Shown in pieces: positions 48,882-57,430 of a DNA stretch of 61,828 nt; the stretch's first letter is position 1, and every line of letters starts with the position of its first letter. The DNA is taken from assembly GCA_031390045.1 (NCBI GenBank), contig JANMTB010000106.1:1-61828 (forward strand). Direction: 5' to 3'. Origin of the DNA: Polaromonas sp. Lineage in GTDB: Bacteria > Pseudomonadota > Gammaproteobacteria > Burkholderiales > Burkholderiaceae_C. Under the pieces are notes generated by a model. That model was not told the DNA's origin. It saw only the letters and a list, made by a program, of their open reading frames with translations, and did not search any database. Made by a program: the position numbers and the translations under genes.

Positions 48882-49688
48882 ATGAGCAAAATGATGCATT
48901 TAGAAGATATTCTGTATACCCAAGGCTTCGGCACGCGCCGTGTGTGCGCGGGTTTGATTGAAAAAGGGTTGGTAGAGGTCTATTTAGAGGATAAATCTTC
49001 ATCAGCCGGCGTATTTGTTGCCAAGATAGCTATGGATAATGTAGCAAATTACGTTACAAAAGGATTCCGCTTTCGGGTGCAAGGCGTTGATTGGGAATAC
49101 CACGAGATGGCTTATGTGCTGTTTAACAAACCTACAGGCAGCGAATGCTCTCAAAAGCCGTCCATGCACCCCAGCATCTACACCTTTTTGCCGTCGCCGT
49201 TGCGTCTACGTCCGCAAAAAAGCGCGATTCAAGGCGTGCAGGCTGTTGGGCGATTGGACCAAGACACCACGGGTATGCTGTTGATGAGTGACGATGGCCA
49301 GTTCATTCACCGCATGAGTTCGCCGAAAAAGCACGTGTCCAAGGTCTATGAAGTGATCACCAAACACCCGTTGGACGACAAACAACTGCAAAAGCTGCTC
49401 GCTGGTGTCGTTTTGGACGATGACCCGAAGCCCGTCAAAGCCGCAGCGGCCGAAATAATCTCTGAGCATCACATTAAACTCACTTTGACAGAGGGCAAAT
49501 ACCACCAAGTCAAGCGGATGCTGGCGGCTGTGAGCAACCGCGTGGAGGGGCTGCACAGATCGCAAATTGGTGGTTTGAAGCTGCCGGACGACCTGTTGCC
49601 AGGTCAATGGCGCTGGCTCAATGAGGCGGATATGGCGTTGATGCTTAGCTCGCCATCTTCACAAATGACTCAAAGTAAGGCTGAATGA
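48882..49688 (+). CDS. RsuA-family rRNA pseudouridine synthase
   Basis: S4-like N-terminus, catalytic GRLDQDTTGMLL, and EGKYHQVKRM. The true start may be the ATG at 48894. Confidence 0.82.
   Translation: MSKMMHLEDILYTQGFGTRRVCAGLIEKGLVEVYLEDKSSSAGVFVAKIAMDNVANYVTKGFRFRVQGVDWEYHEMAYVLFNKPTGSECSQKPSMHPSIYTFLPSPLRLRPQKSAIQGVQAVGRLDQDTTGMLLMSDDGQFIHRMSSPKKHVSKVYEVITKHPLDDKQLQKLLAGVVLDDDPKPVKAAAAEIISEHHIKLTLTEGKYHQVKRMLAAVSNRVEGLHRSQIGGLKLPDDLLPGQWRWLNEADMALMLSSPSSQMTQSKAE
49002..49050 (+). repeat. copy O of the dispersed repeat, in frame in the rsuA-like gene
   Basis: TCAGCCGGCGTATTTGTTGCCAAGATAGCTAT-GGATAAT-GTAGCAAATT, translated as SAGVFVAKIAMDNVANY. Confidence 0.65.
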
Positions 49689-50503
49689 TGCGCTATCCAC
49701 TGAAAACTACGGCTATTTGGCTTGCTTTGTTGTGTTTGCCTTTGTCTGTTTTTTCACAAAAAAGTGTTTATTTAGAAGAGCTTACGACACAAGAGGTCAG
49801 CGCGATGGTGAAAAATTCACCTTCATTGGTCATCATTCCTGTGGGCGGTACCGAGCAAAACGGGCCGCACATGGCGCTTGGTAAGCACAACACCCGCGTC
49901 AAGGTGCTGGTAGGGCGGATTGCTCAGCAATTAGCTGCTCAAAAAATCAACACCATCGTCGCGCCCGTGGTGAGCTATGTACCCGAAGGCAACATCAGCC
50001 CACCGACCGAGCACATGAAGTGGGCAGGCACGATATCGATTTCTGATGACGCCTTCAAAAGCATGCTGCTTTCGGCGGCGCGTAGCTTTCGGCAGCATGG
50101 GTTTACCGATATCGTGATATTGGGTGACAGTGGCAATTACCAGTCCATGCTGGCGCAAGTGGCGGTTACCTTCAACAAAGACAGCAAAAATGCACCTGCA
50201 CGCATGCATTTCATTGGCGATTACTACAAAGCAACGCAAGCCAACTATATCGCCGCTTTACAGGCAAAAGGGCTGAGCGACGCTGAAATCGGCACCCACG
50301 CTGGATCGGCAGACACGTCACTCTTGATGGCGATTGAGCCCATCATGGTGAAACCCGACAAGTTTGCCGAAGCTGCCAAAGAAGGCAGGGCAGGTGGCAC
50401 ACTGGGCGACCCCAGAGCCGCCACCGCAGCATTAGGCCAAATAGCAGCGGACGCTATGGTTAAAATGAGCATCTTAGCAATACAAAAAGCAATTCAGAAA
50501 TGA
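49685..50503 (+). CDS. creatininase-family amidohydrolase with predicted signal peptide
   Basis: 272 aa. IIPVGGTEQNGPHMALGKHN metal-site motif. Hydrophobic N-terminus (AIWLALLCLPLSVFS). ATGA overlap with the rsuA-like stop. Confidence 0.78.
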   Translation: MMRYPLKTTAIWLALLCLPLSVFSQKSVYLEELTTQEVSAMVKNSPSLVIIPVGGTEQNGPHMALGKHNTRVKVLVGRIAQQLAAQKINTIVAPVVSYVPEGNISPPTEHMKWAGTISISDDAFKSMLLSAARSFRQHGFTDIVILGDSGNYQSMLAQVAVTFNKDSKNAPARMHFIGDYYKATQANYIAALQAKGLSDAEIGTHAGSADTSLLMAIEPIMVKPDKFAEAAKEGRAGGTLGDPRAATAALGQIAADAMVKMSILAIQKAIQK

Positions 50504-51912
50504 CGATTGGCATGATTACAAATACGAAGACAAATACGAAAACATTGAAGAAGTTGCTGATTGCCGCTGCCAGTGTGCTAGCGGGTAGTGCGATTGTGGG
50601 TGCTTGGGCTGTGGCTCAAACCACGACTCAGCCGACTGTTCCAGCTAATCAGTCGACGCTTAAAAAAGAATCAAATTTGGCTGCAGCCGGCGCATCTGTT
50701 GCCTCTGGAGCTATTAATACAGTAGCAGGAATGCCTGCTGTGGTTGATCCTAAAAACCTCTACAGCGAGACTGTATCGAGCAAAATGAGCCCCGCTGTTG
50801 AGGGCGCTTTGGAGCGCGTGTATGTACCGAATCGCGGTGAAAACACAGTCTCGGTGATTGACCCGAACACACTAAAAGTTATCGACAAATTCAAAGTCGG
50901 CATCAACCCGCAGCACGTCGTACCGTCGTGGGATTTGGGCACGCTGTGGGTGGCGAACAATGCCGAGGGCCGCACCGACGGTAGCTTGACACCCATCAAC
51001 CCGAAAACGGGAAAATCTGGCAAATCCATCCCTGTAGATGACCCGTACAACCTGTATTGGTCAACAGACGGCAAATTTGCGATCGTGGTGGCAGAGGCCT
51101 ACAAACGCCTTGATTTCCGCGATGCGAAGACCATGGAGATGAAGTTCACGATACCTACGCCTTTGTGCGCTGGCATCAACCATGCAGATTTTTCGATTGA
51201 CGGCAAATTTGCGGTATTCACCTGCGAATTCAACGGCTCCATCACCAAAATCGACTTGGTGAACCGCAAGGTGCTTGCAACAGTCAAACTCAATGCGTAT
51301 TTTGACCGTCCTAACGCCTTGGCGGCCATTGCAAAAGTCAACCCGACTGCAACCAGCGCACTGAGCACAAAAATGCGTTACATTGCAGACCCCGACAGTC
51401 CAGGCTCGCAAATTTGTACCACGCCAGGTATGCCGCAAGATGTGCGGATTTCGCCTGATGGTTCTACTTTTTATATTGCCGATATGATGGTCGACGGTGT
51501 GCATGTGGTGGATGGTGAGTCGTTCAAGCAAACTGGTTTCATTCCTACGGGTAAGGGTGCACACGGCATTTACCCTAGCCGCGATGGCAAAAGTTTTTAT
51601 GTCGCCAACCGTGGCAGTAACAAAATTCGGGGCACACCGAATGGTCCTGGCAGCGTTTCCGTGGTGGATTTTGCAACCAAAAAAGTCACTAAAACGTGGG
51701 CCATTCCTGGCGGTGGCAGCCCTGACATGGGCAACGTCAGCGTAAATGGTAAATACCTATGGCTGGGTGGCCGCTATGACGACACCGTGTACCGTTTTGA
51801 TACCGATACGGGCGCGGTAGACAAAATCAAGGTTGGCCGCGAGCCGCATGGCTTGACGGTTTGGCCACAACCAGGTCGTTACTCATTAGGTCATACCGGT
51901 AATTTGCGCTAA
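50500..51912 (+). CDS. YVTN-type beta-propeller repeat protein, secreted
   Basis: 470 aa. Signal peptide, then repeated YV(A/P)N-like blades (VYVPNRGENTVSVID, LWVANN, FYIADM, FYVANRGSN). Confidence 0.7.
   Translation: MTIGMITNTKTNTKTLKKLLIAAASVLAGSAIVGAWAVAQTTTQPTVPANQSTLKKESNLAAAGASVASGAINTVAGMPAVVDPKNLYSETVSSKMSPAVEGALERVYVPNRGENTVSVIDPNTLKVIDKFKVGINPQHVVPSWDLGTLWVANNAEGRTDGSLTPINPKTGKSGKSIPVDDPYNLYWSTDGKFAIVVAEAYKRLDFRDAKTMEMKFTIPTPLCAGINHADFSIDGKFAVFTCEFNGSITKIDLVNRKVLATVKLNAYFDRPNALAAIAKVNPTATSALSTKMRYIADPDSPGSQICTTPGMPQDVRISPDGSTFYIADMMVDGVHVVDGESFKQTGFIPTGKGAHGIYPSRDGKSFYVANRGSNKIRGTPNGPGSVSVVDFATKKVTKTWAIPGGGSPDMGNVSVNGKYLWLGGRYDDTVYRFDTDTGAVDKIKVGREPHGLTVWPQPGRYSLGHTGNLR
50681..50730 (+). 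repeat. copy P of the dispersed repeat, in frame in the YVTN gene
   Basis: CTGCAGCCGGCGCATCTGTTGCCTCTGGAGCTAT-TAATACA-GTAGCAGGA, translated as AAGASVASGAINTVAG. Same frame as copy O. Confidence 0.6.
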
Positions 51913-51951
51913 ATTTTGCCTTTTAGGGCTTTTTAGCTATATTGGAGTGCT

Positions 51952-52950
51952 ATGAACTTGATGCTTAACTCCTTTTGGCGAGCTGCTGCGTACTGCTTGC
52001 ACCCACGCGTGATCGCGCTGTCGTTTTTGCCGCTAATCATCATGATCGGTTTAGCGCTGGGTGTGGGCTATTTCTTTTGGGAGCCGGTGCTGGAATGGGT
52101 GCGCGTGTCGCTCGATTCATTTGGCTGGATGACGACCATTTGGACATGGTTGCAAAACAATGGCATGGGCAGCTTAAAAACGGTGTTGGTGCCGCTCTTG
52201 GTGATTTTTGCCATCACGCCCGTTGTGGTGATTTTGTCGCTTATCTTGGTCGCGGTATTGATGACGCCGGCGATGGTGTCATTAGTCTCAGAGCGGCGTT
52301 TCCCGAAGCTTGAGCACAAAAAAGGCGCTTCTTTTGCGGCGATGGTGGGGTGGTCATTCAGTTCAACCTTGGTCGCTGTTTTGGCGTTGCTGGTGTCGAT
52401 TCCGCTGTGGTTTATTCCGCCCTTGATTTTGATTGTGCCACCCTTGATTTGGGGCTGGCTGACCTACCGTGTCATGAGCTTCGACGCCTTGGCTGAGCAC
52501 GCCAGCAGCGAGGAGCGGAAAACGCTTTTGAAGAATCACCGTGGCAATTTGTTGGTCATAGGCATCATCAGCGGCTACCTAGGCGCCGCACCTAGTTTGG
52601 TGTGGGCGTCGGGTGCGTTGTTTGCGGCGGCATTCATTGTTTTAGTACCTGTAGCGATTTGGATTTACACGCTGGTGTTTGGTTTTGCTTCGTTGTGGTT
52701 CAGTCACTATTGCCTAGCGGCATTGGCGCAATTGCGGGCAGAAAAAGCCATTGCAGAAGCCGCTGCAGAGGCTACTAAAGTGGCAGATCAATTAGCAGAA
52801 CAAGTAGCAGCCAAAGCCGCTGCCCAAACCGCCGCTGCTGCAGCCAAGGCAAGCGCGGCGGCATTTCCTGCGTCTTCAACCTATGCGCCCACACTGGAAT
52901 ATATTGAAGAAGTTCCTAAAAAGATCGATCCGCCCAAAATGGGTTTTTAA
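51952..52950 (+). CDS. EI24/CysZ-like integral membrane protein with an Ala-rich C-terminal tail
   Basis: 332 aa with multiple TM segments. The family call is from overall pattern only. Confidence 0.6.
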   Translation: MNLMLNSFWRAAAYCLHPRVIALSFLPLIIMIGLALGVGYFFWEPVLEWVRVSLDSFGWMTTIWTWLQNNGMGSLKTVLVPLLVIFAITPVVVILSLILVAVLMTPAMVSLVSERRFPKLEHKKGASFAAMVGWSFSSTLVAVLALLVSIPLWFIPPLILIVPPLIWGWLTYRVMSFDALAEHASSEERKTLLKNHRGNLLVIGIISGYLGAAPSLVWASGALFAAAFIVLVPVAIWIYTLVFGFASLWFSHYCLAALAQLRAEKAIAEAAAEATKVADQLAEQVAAKAAAQTAAAAAKASAAAFPASSTYAPTLEYIEEVPKKIDPPKMGF

Positions 52951-52993
52951 AGTTCACCGTATAAAAATCGGCACTTATTTCAACAAGATTGCG

Positions 52994-53046
52994 ATCTAGC
53001 CGGCGCATTTATTGCCTAAGCAGCTATCATAAACATAGCAAATATT
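52994..53046 (+). repeat. copy K of the dispersed repeat
   Basis: ATCTAGCCGGCGCATTTATTGCCTAAGCAGCTAT-CATAAAC-ATAGCAAATATT. Confidence 0.85.
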
Positions 53047-53085
53047 AAAAGTCTAGTTTTGGATAATTTTATATGGATTTGACGA

Positions 53086-53135
53086 CTTAGCCGGCGTGAT
53101 TATTCATATATTTGCTATCAATTCGATAGTAAAAA
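53086..53135 (+). repeat. copy L of the dispersed repeat (diverged), 40 nt after copy K
   Basis: CTTAGCCGGCGTGATTATTCATATATTTGCTAT-CAATTCG-ATAGTAAAAA. Confidence 0.65.
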
Positions 53136-53210
53136 GGTATTCTCTGTTATTTGTCTGCATAACCTTTTAATGATCTCCCTGAAGATTGTCCCTGTAAACT
53201 TGACCCATTT

Positions 53211-54056
53211 ATGTCAAACACCACGTCAAATACCTTAAAAACTCCCATATTCGGCCTCATCGTGATTGGTGACGAAATCATGTCCGGCAAACGCGTGGAT
53301 AAGCATTTACCCAAAGTCGTCGAGCTGCTGGCGGAGCGCGGCTTGCAGCTTGAGTATGCGGATTACGTGGGCGATTCGCCTCAGCGCATCACAACCACGC
53401 TAAAACGCGCTTTTGACTCTGGCGATGTGGTGTTTTCCACTGGCGGCATAGGCGCGACACCAGATGATCACACGCGGCAATGTGCGGCTAAAGCATTGGG
53501 TGTTGAGCTTGCCTTGCACCCCGTCGCTGAGACCCTTATTCGTGAACGGATGAAAGATGTAGCGCGTGAGAACGGCACGGCTTATGAGCCAGCGCACGCG
53601 GATAATATTCATCGCCTGAACATGGGCATGTTCCCAGCTGGTGCGAAGATTATTGCGAATCCGTACAACAAGATTCCGGGTTTTAGTTGCGTCGGCAAAT
53701 CAGGGCAGGGCGCTGTCCACTTCGTGCCTGGATTTCCGGTCATGGCGTGGCCTATGGTGGCTTCTGTGTTGGATACGCAATACGCCGATCATTTCCAAAA
53801 ATCGGCGTATATTGAAAAATCGGTGATCGTTTTTGGCTCGATGGAAGCCATGCTGACACCTTTGATGCTGGAATTGGAGAAGAACCACGCTGGCATCAAG
53901 GTTTTTAGCTTGCCAAGTGTGGATCATCCCACGCATGGACGGCATATCGAGTTAGGTGTCAAGGGGACACCAGAGGCCGTGGCACTAGCTTACCCTGCCA
54001 TGTTGGCTGGGCTTCAGAAGTTTGAATCGAAATTAGGGCCTGAATTGGTGCGTTAA
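53211..54056 (+). CDS. CinA-N-like molybdopterin-binding (MoCF biosynthesis) domain protein
   Basis: 281 aa. FGLIVIGDEIMSGKRVDKH and TGGIGATPDDHT motifs. Confidence 0.8.
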   Translation: MSNTTSNTLKTPIFGLIVIGDEIMSGKRVDKHLPKVVELLAERGLQLEYADYVGDSPQRITTTLKRAFDSGDVVFSTGGIGATPDDHTRQCAAKALGVELALHPVAETLIRERMKDVARENGTAYEPAHADNIHRLNMGMFPAGAKIIANPYNKIPGFSCVGKSGQGAVHFVPGFPVMAWPMVASVLDTQYADHFQKSAYIEKSVIVFGSMEAMLTPLMLELEKNHAGIKVFSLPSVDHPTHGRHIELGVKGTPEAVALAYPAMLAGLQKFESKLGPELVR

Positions 54057-54075
54057 TGACCATACCCATGTTTAT

Positions 54076-54092
54076 TGCACCAAAATAGTGCA
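54076..54092. promoter_or_regulatory. NtrC-type enhancer palindrome upstream of glnA
   Basis: TGCACCAAAATAGTGCA matches TGCACC-N5-GGTGCA in 11 of 12 arm positions. A GGTGCA half-site follows at 54120..54125. Confidence 0.6.
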
Positions 54093-54164
54093 ATGCATTG
54101 AAAGGTAAATTTTCGTTTCTGGTGCAGTTTGGCTTCATTTGAGCAGAGAAGCTTGTAAAATCCT

Positions 54165-54180
54165 TGGCACAAATCATGCT
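54165..54180 (+). promoter_or_regulatory. sigma-54 (-24/-12) promoter for glnA
   Basis: TGGCAC-AAATCA-TGCT has correct GG/GC spacing, about 60 nt upstream of the glnA ATG. Confidence 0.6.
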
Positions 54181-54239
54181 TATTAAGCTTGTTTAGTCTG
54201 TTTTATTAACCCGCCAAATGGCGAATTTAGGAGATTTTG

Positions 54240-55655
54240 ATGGCAAAGACCGTCGCTGACGTGATGAAAATGGTTAAAGACAATGAGGTCAAGTTTGTTG
54301 ACTTCCGCTTTACCGATACCCGTGGCAAAGAACAGCACGTGACCGTGCCTGTGTCTCATTTTGACGAAGACAAATTCACCTCAGGCCACGCGTTTGACGG
54401 TTCTTCCATCGCTGGTTGGAAAGGCATTGAAGCATCTGACATGCAATTGATGCCTGACGCCAATACCGCCAACATTGACCCGTTCTTTGAAGAAACAACG
54501 ATGTTCATGAGTTGCGACGTGGTTGAGCCTGCAGATGGCAAAGCTTACGACCGTGACCCACGTTCTGTGGCCAAGCGCGCTGAAGCTTATTTGAAAGCTT
54601 CTGGCTTGGGCGACACAGCCTATTTCGGTCCAGAGCCAGAATTCTTCGTGTTTGACAGCGTTCGCTGGAACACAGACATGTCTGGTTCGTTCTTCAAGAT
54701 CGACGAATACGAAGCACCATGGAACTCTGGCGCGAAGATGGAGGGCAACAACCACGGCCACCGTCCAACCATCAAAGGCGGCTACTTCCCAGTGCCTCCA
54801 GTTGATAGCATGCACGACATGCGCTCTGAAATGTCTTTGATTCTCGAATCTTTGGGCATCCCAGTCGAAGTGCATCACCATGAAGTTGCAGGCCCTGGCC
54901 AAAACGAATTGGGCACCAAGTTCAGCACATTGACACAACGCGCTGACTGGACTCAAGTCTTGAAATACGTGGTACATAACGTAGCTAACGCTTACGGCAA
55001 AACCGCTACTTTCATGCCAAAACCTATCGTTGGCGACAACGGCTCTGGCATGCACGTACACCAGTCCATCTGGAAAGACGGCAAAAACTTGTTCGCTGGC
55101 GATGGCTATGCAGGTTTGTCTGACTACGCCTTGTTCTACATCGGCGGTATTATCAAGCACGCTCGTGCTTTGAACGCCATTACCAACCCAGGCACCAACA
55201 GCTATAAGCGTTTGGTTCCAGGCTACGAAGCACCGGTGAAATTGGCCTATTCTGCCAAAAACCGCTCTGCATCGATCCGTATTCCGCACGTGGCAAACCC
55301 TAAAGGTCGCCGTGTTGAAGCGCGTTTCCCAGATCCATTGATGAACCCTTACCTCGGCTTCGCAGCCTTGATGATGGCTGGCTTGGACGGCGTGGAAAAC
55401 AAAATCCACCCGGGCGAAGCTGCTTCTAAAGACTTGTACCATCTGCCACCGGAAGAGGACAAATTGATCCCAACCGTGTGCCACAGCTTGGACCAAGCCT
55501 TGGATTGCCTCGATGCAGACCGTTCTTTCCTGACCAAAGGCGGCGTCTTCACCGACAGCATGCTCGATGCTTACATCGAACTCAAAATGGGCGAAGTCAC
55601 ACGCATGCGTATGGCTACCCACCCGATTGAGTTTGACATGTACTACTCGCTGTAA
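54240..55655 (+). CDS. glnA: glutamine synthetase type I
   Basis: 471 aa, collinear with GlnA (adenylylation-site region NLYDLPPEE-like [10 protein letters not shown]). AGGAGA RBS precedes the ATG at 54240. Confidence 0.97.
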   Translation: MAKTVADVMKMVKDNEVKFVDFRFTDTRGKEQHVTVPVSHFDEDKFTSGHAFDGSSIAGWKGIEASDMQLMPDANTANIDPFFEETTMFMSCDVVEPADGKAYDRDPRSVAKRAEAYLKASGLGDTAYFGPEPEFFVFDSVRWNTDMSGSFFKIDEYEAPWNSGAKMEGNNHGHRPTIKGGYFPVPPVDSMHDMRSEMSLILESLGIPVEVHHHEVAGPGQNELGTKFSTLTQRADWTQVLKYVVHNVANAYGKTATFMPKPIVGDNGSGMHVHQSIWKDGKNLFAGDGYAGLSDYALFYIGGIIKHARALNAITNPGTNSYKRLVPGYEAPVKLAYSAKNRSASIRIPHVANPKGRRVEARFPDPLMNPYLGFAALMMAGLDGVENKIHPGEAASKDLYHLPPEEDKLIPTVCHSLDQALDCLDADRSFLTKGGVFTDSMLDAYIELKMGEVTRMRMATHPIEFDMYYSL

Positions 55656-55706
55656 AGTGAGCTTGTAGCTCCGGTTAGCTGAACTTATTCAGCTTTCTGT
55701 AGACTA

Positions 55707-55742
55707 AAAAGGACGGTAAAGGTTTGCTTTTACCGTCCTTTT
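55707..55742 (+). terminator. rho-independent terminator after glnA
   Basis: AAAAGGACGGTAAA-GGTTTGC-TTTACCGTCCTTTT. Confidence 0.8.
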
Positions 55743-55789
55743 GCCGTTTGCGGCTTGCTTTATTGTTGATTTCGGTAGATTGCGGGATA

Positions 55790-56341
55790 ATGAAACCTAT
55801 GAAAATTTCGACCATTGTTCGTTCCTCCTTGTGGGCTGAGTGTTTTGTTGTTGTCCTTTTTGGAGCTCAGGTAGGCAGTAGCTTTGCCCAAGAGCGCATT
55901 TACCGCTGTGGCAATGAGTACACCAACAACATCAAGGACTCAAAAAGCGGAGGCTGCAAACTCGTCGAGGGCGGCAACGTCACCGTCGTGCAGGGCAATC
56001 GCATGCCTGCCGCAGAGCCAGTCCGCGTCGCTGCACTATCGCCCAAAACAGTCTCAACAAGTGCCCCGCGCGTTGACAATGCTGACCAAAAAATACGTGA
56101 TTCTGATTCACGGGCGATTTTAGAGTCTGAATTAAAACGATCCGAAGCCAAACAAGCCGAGCTTTTGAAAGAATACAACAACGGCGAGCCAGATAGAAAT
56201 GCGCTGGATATTAAAATGCCACAACGTTACACCGAACGCATTGCAGAGCTGAAGGCCAATATTGCCCGTAATGGCAGCGATATCGTAGGCATCAAACGTG
56301 AACTAGGCCGCAACCCTAGCGCTACGGGTAAATCAAATTAA
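55790..56341 (+). CDS. DUF4124 domain protein (secreted)
   Basis: Signal peptide, then IYRCGNEYTNN. Start moved to the ATG at 55790 because the upstream part of the ORF overlaps the glnA terminator. Confidence 0.65.
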   Translation: MKPMKISTIVRSSLWAECFVVVLFGAQVGSSFAQERIYRCGNEYTNNIKDSKSGGCKLVEGGNVTVVQGNRMPAAEPVRVAALSPKTVSTSAPRVDNADQKIRDSDSRAILESELKRSEAKQAELLKEYNNGEPDRNALDIKMPQRYTERIAELKANIARNGSDIVGIKRELGRNPSATGKSN

Positions 56342-56372
56342 GTACCAGCCTTTTGACCTATTAGCCACCTCT

Positions 56373-57383
56373 GTGGCTGTGGTTCAGCATTCTGGCATTG
56401 TGCTGTTCGCCAATGCCGCCTTAGAAGACGCTTTAGGCACATCGCGACGCGTCATTCAAGGCGCACACATCTCGCACTGCTTTACCGAACCCGAGCAAAT
56501 GGATGCAGCGCTCGCAGGTGCTATTGCCAACCAATTTGCCACCTTGCGCTACGATGCTTGGCTCAAGCGCTTGGGGCAAGAGCCCGTTCCCGTGCACGTG
56601 ATCGTGACGCCAAGCGATGCCAGCAGCGACATCATGGTGGAATTGCTGCCCATTGAGCAACAGACCAAGCAAGACCGCGAGGAACGTTCGCAAGAGCAAG
56701 CACAAGCGAATAAGGAGCTAATTCGAAACTTGGCGCACGAGATCAAAAACCCTTTAGGCGGCATTCGCGGAGCCGCGCAGTTGCTTGAGATGGAAATTGC
56801 CGACAAAAGCTTGCATGAATACACCCAAGTGGTGATACATGAGGCGGATCGATTGCAATCCTTGGTAGACAGGCTTTTAGCACCGCACCGCAGACCGCAT
56901 GTGGTGGGCGATGTGAACATTCATGAGGTTTGCGAGCGCGTTCGCTCTTTGGTCTTGGCGGAGTTCCCTGCAGGTTTGACCATCAAACGCCAGTACGATA
57001 TCTCGATTCCTGAGTTCAGAGGCGACCGAGAACAGCTGATTCAAGCGCTGTTGAACATCGTTCACAATGCCAGCTATGCCCTAGAAAACCAAATTCAAAC
57101 AGCTGAGGCTGAAATTGTCTTGCAAACCCGTATTGCACGGCAGGTGACTTTTGGTAAACAGCGCTATAAATTGGCACTGGAATTGCATGTCATAGACAAC
57201 GGACCTGGCATTCCGGATGCAATCAAAGAACGCATTTTTTACCCGCTGGTGTCGGGCAGAGAAGGCGGCTCAGGCTTGGGGCTCACATTGGCGCAAACCT
57301 TTGTTGGGCAGCACAATGGCTTGATTGAATGCGACAGCGTGCCAGGACGGACTGATTTCAAAATATTAATACCGCTGCTTTGA
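56373..57383 (+). CDS. glnL: nitrogen regulation sensor histidine kinase NtrB
   Basis: H-box HEIKNPLGGIRGAAQLLE, N box NIVHNA, G boxes DNGPGIP and GSGLGL. The GTG start is uncertain. Confidence 0.85.
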   Translation: MAVVQHSGIVLFANAALEDALGTSRRVIQGAHISHCFTEPEQMDAALAGAIANQFATLRYDAWLKRLGQEPVPVHVIVTPSDASSDIMVELLPIEQQTKQDREERSQEQAQANKELIRNLAHEIKNPLGGIRGAAQLLEMEIADKSLHEYTQVVIHEADRLQSLVDRLLAPHRRPHVVGDVNIHEVCERVRSLVLAEFPAGLTIKRQYDISIPEFRGDREQLIQALLNIVHNASYALENQIQTAEAEIVLQTRIARQVTFGKQRYKLALELHVIDNGPGIPDAIKERIFYPLVSGREGGSGLGLTLAQTFVGQHNGLIECDSVPGRTDFKILIPLL

Positions 57384-57430
57384 CTCATCTTTGATCGATT
57401 CTTGGCAGCCACTGGAAGGCAAGTAAGTAC

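Noticed and set aside
54381-55622. Long antisense ORFs opposite well-supported genes: 413 aa opposite glnA, 350 aa at 4437..5489 opposite parC, 217 aa at 586..1239 opposite the MFS gene, and many others in the track.
   Set aside because: Their translations are low-complexity or Arg/His/Ala-rich with no recognisable motifs. The opposite strand encodes unmistakable conserved proteins. These are typical shadow ORFs.
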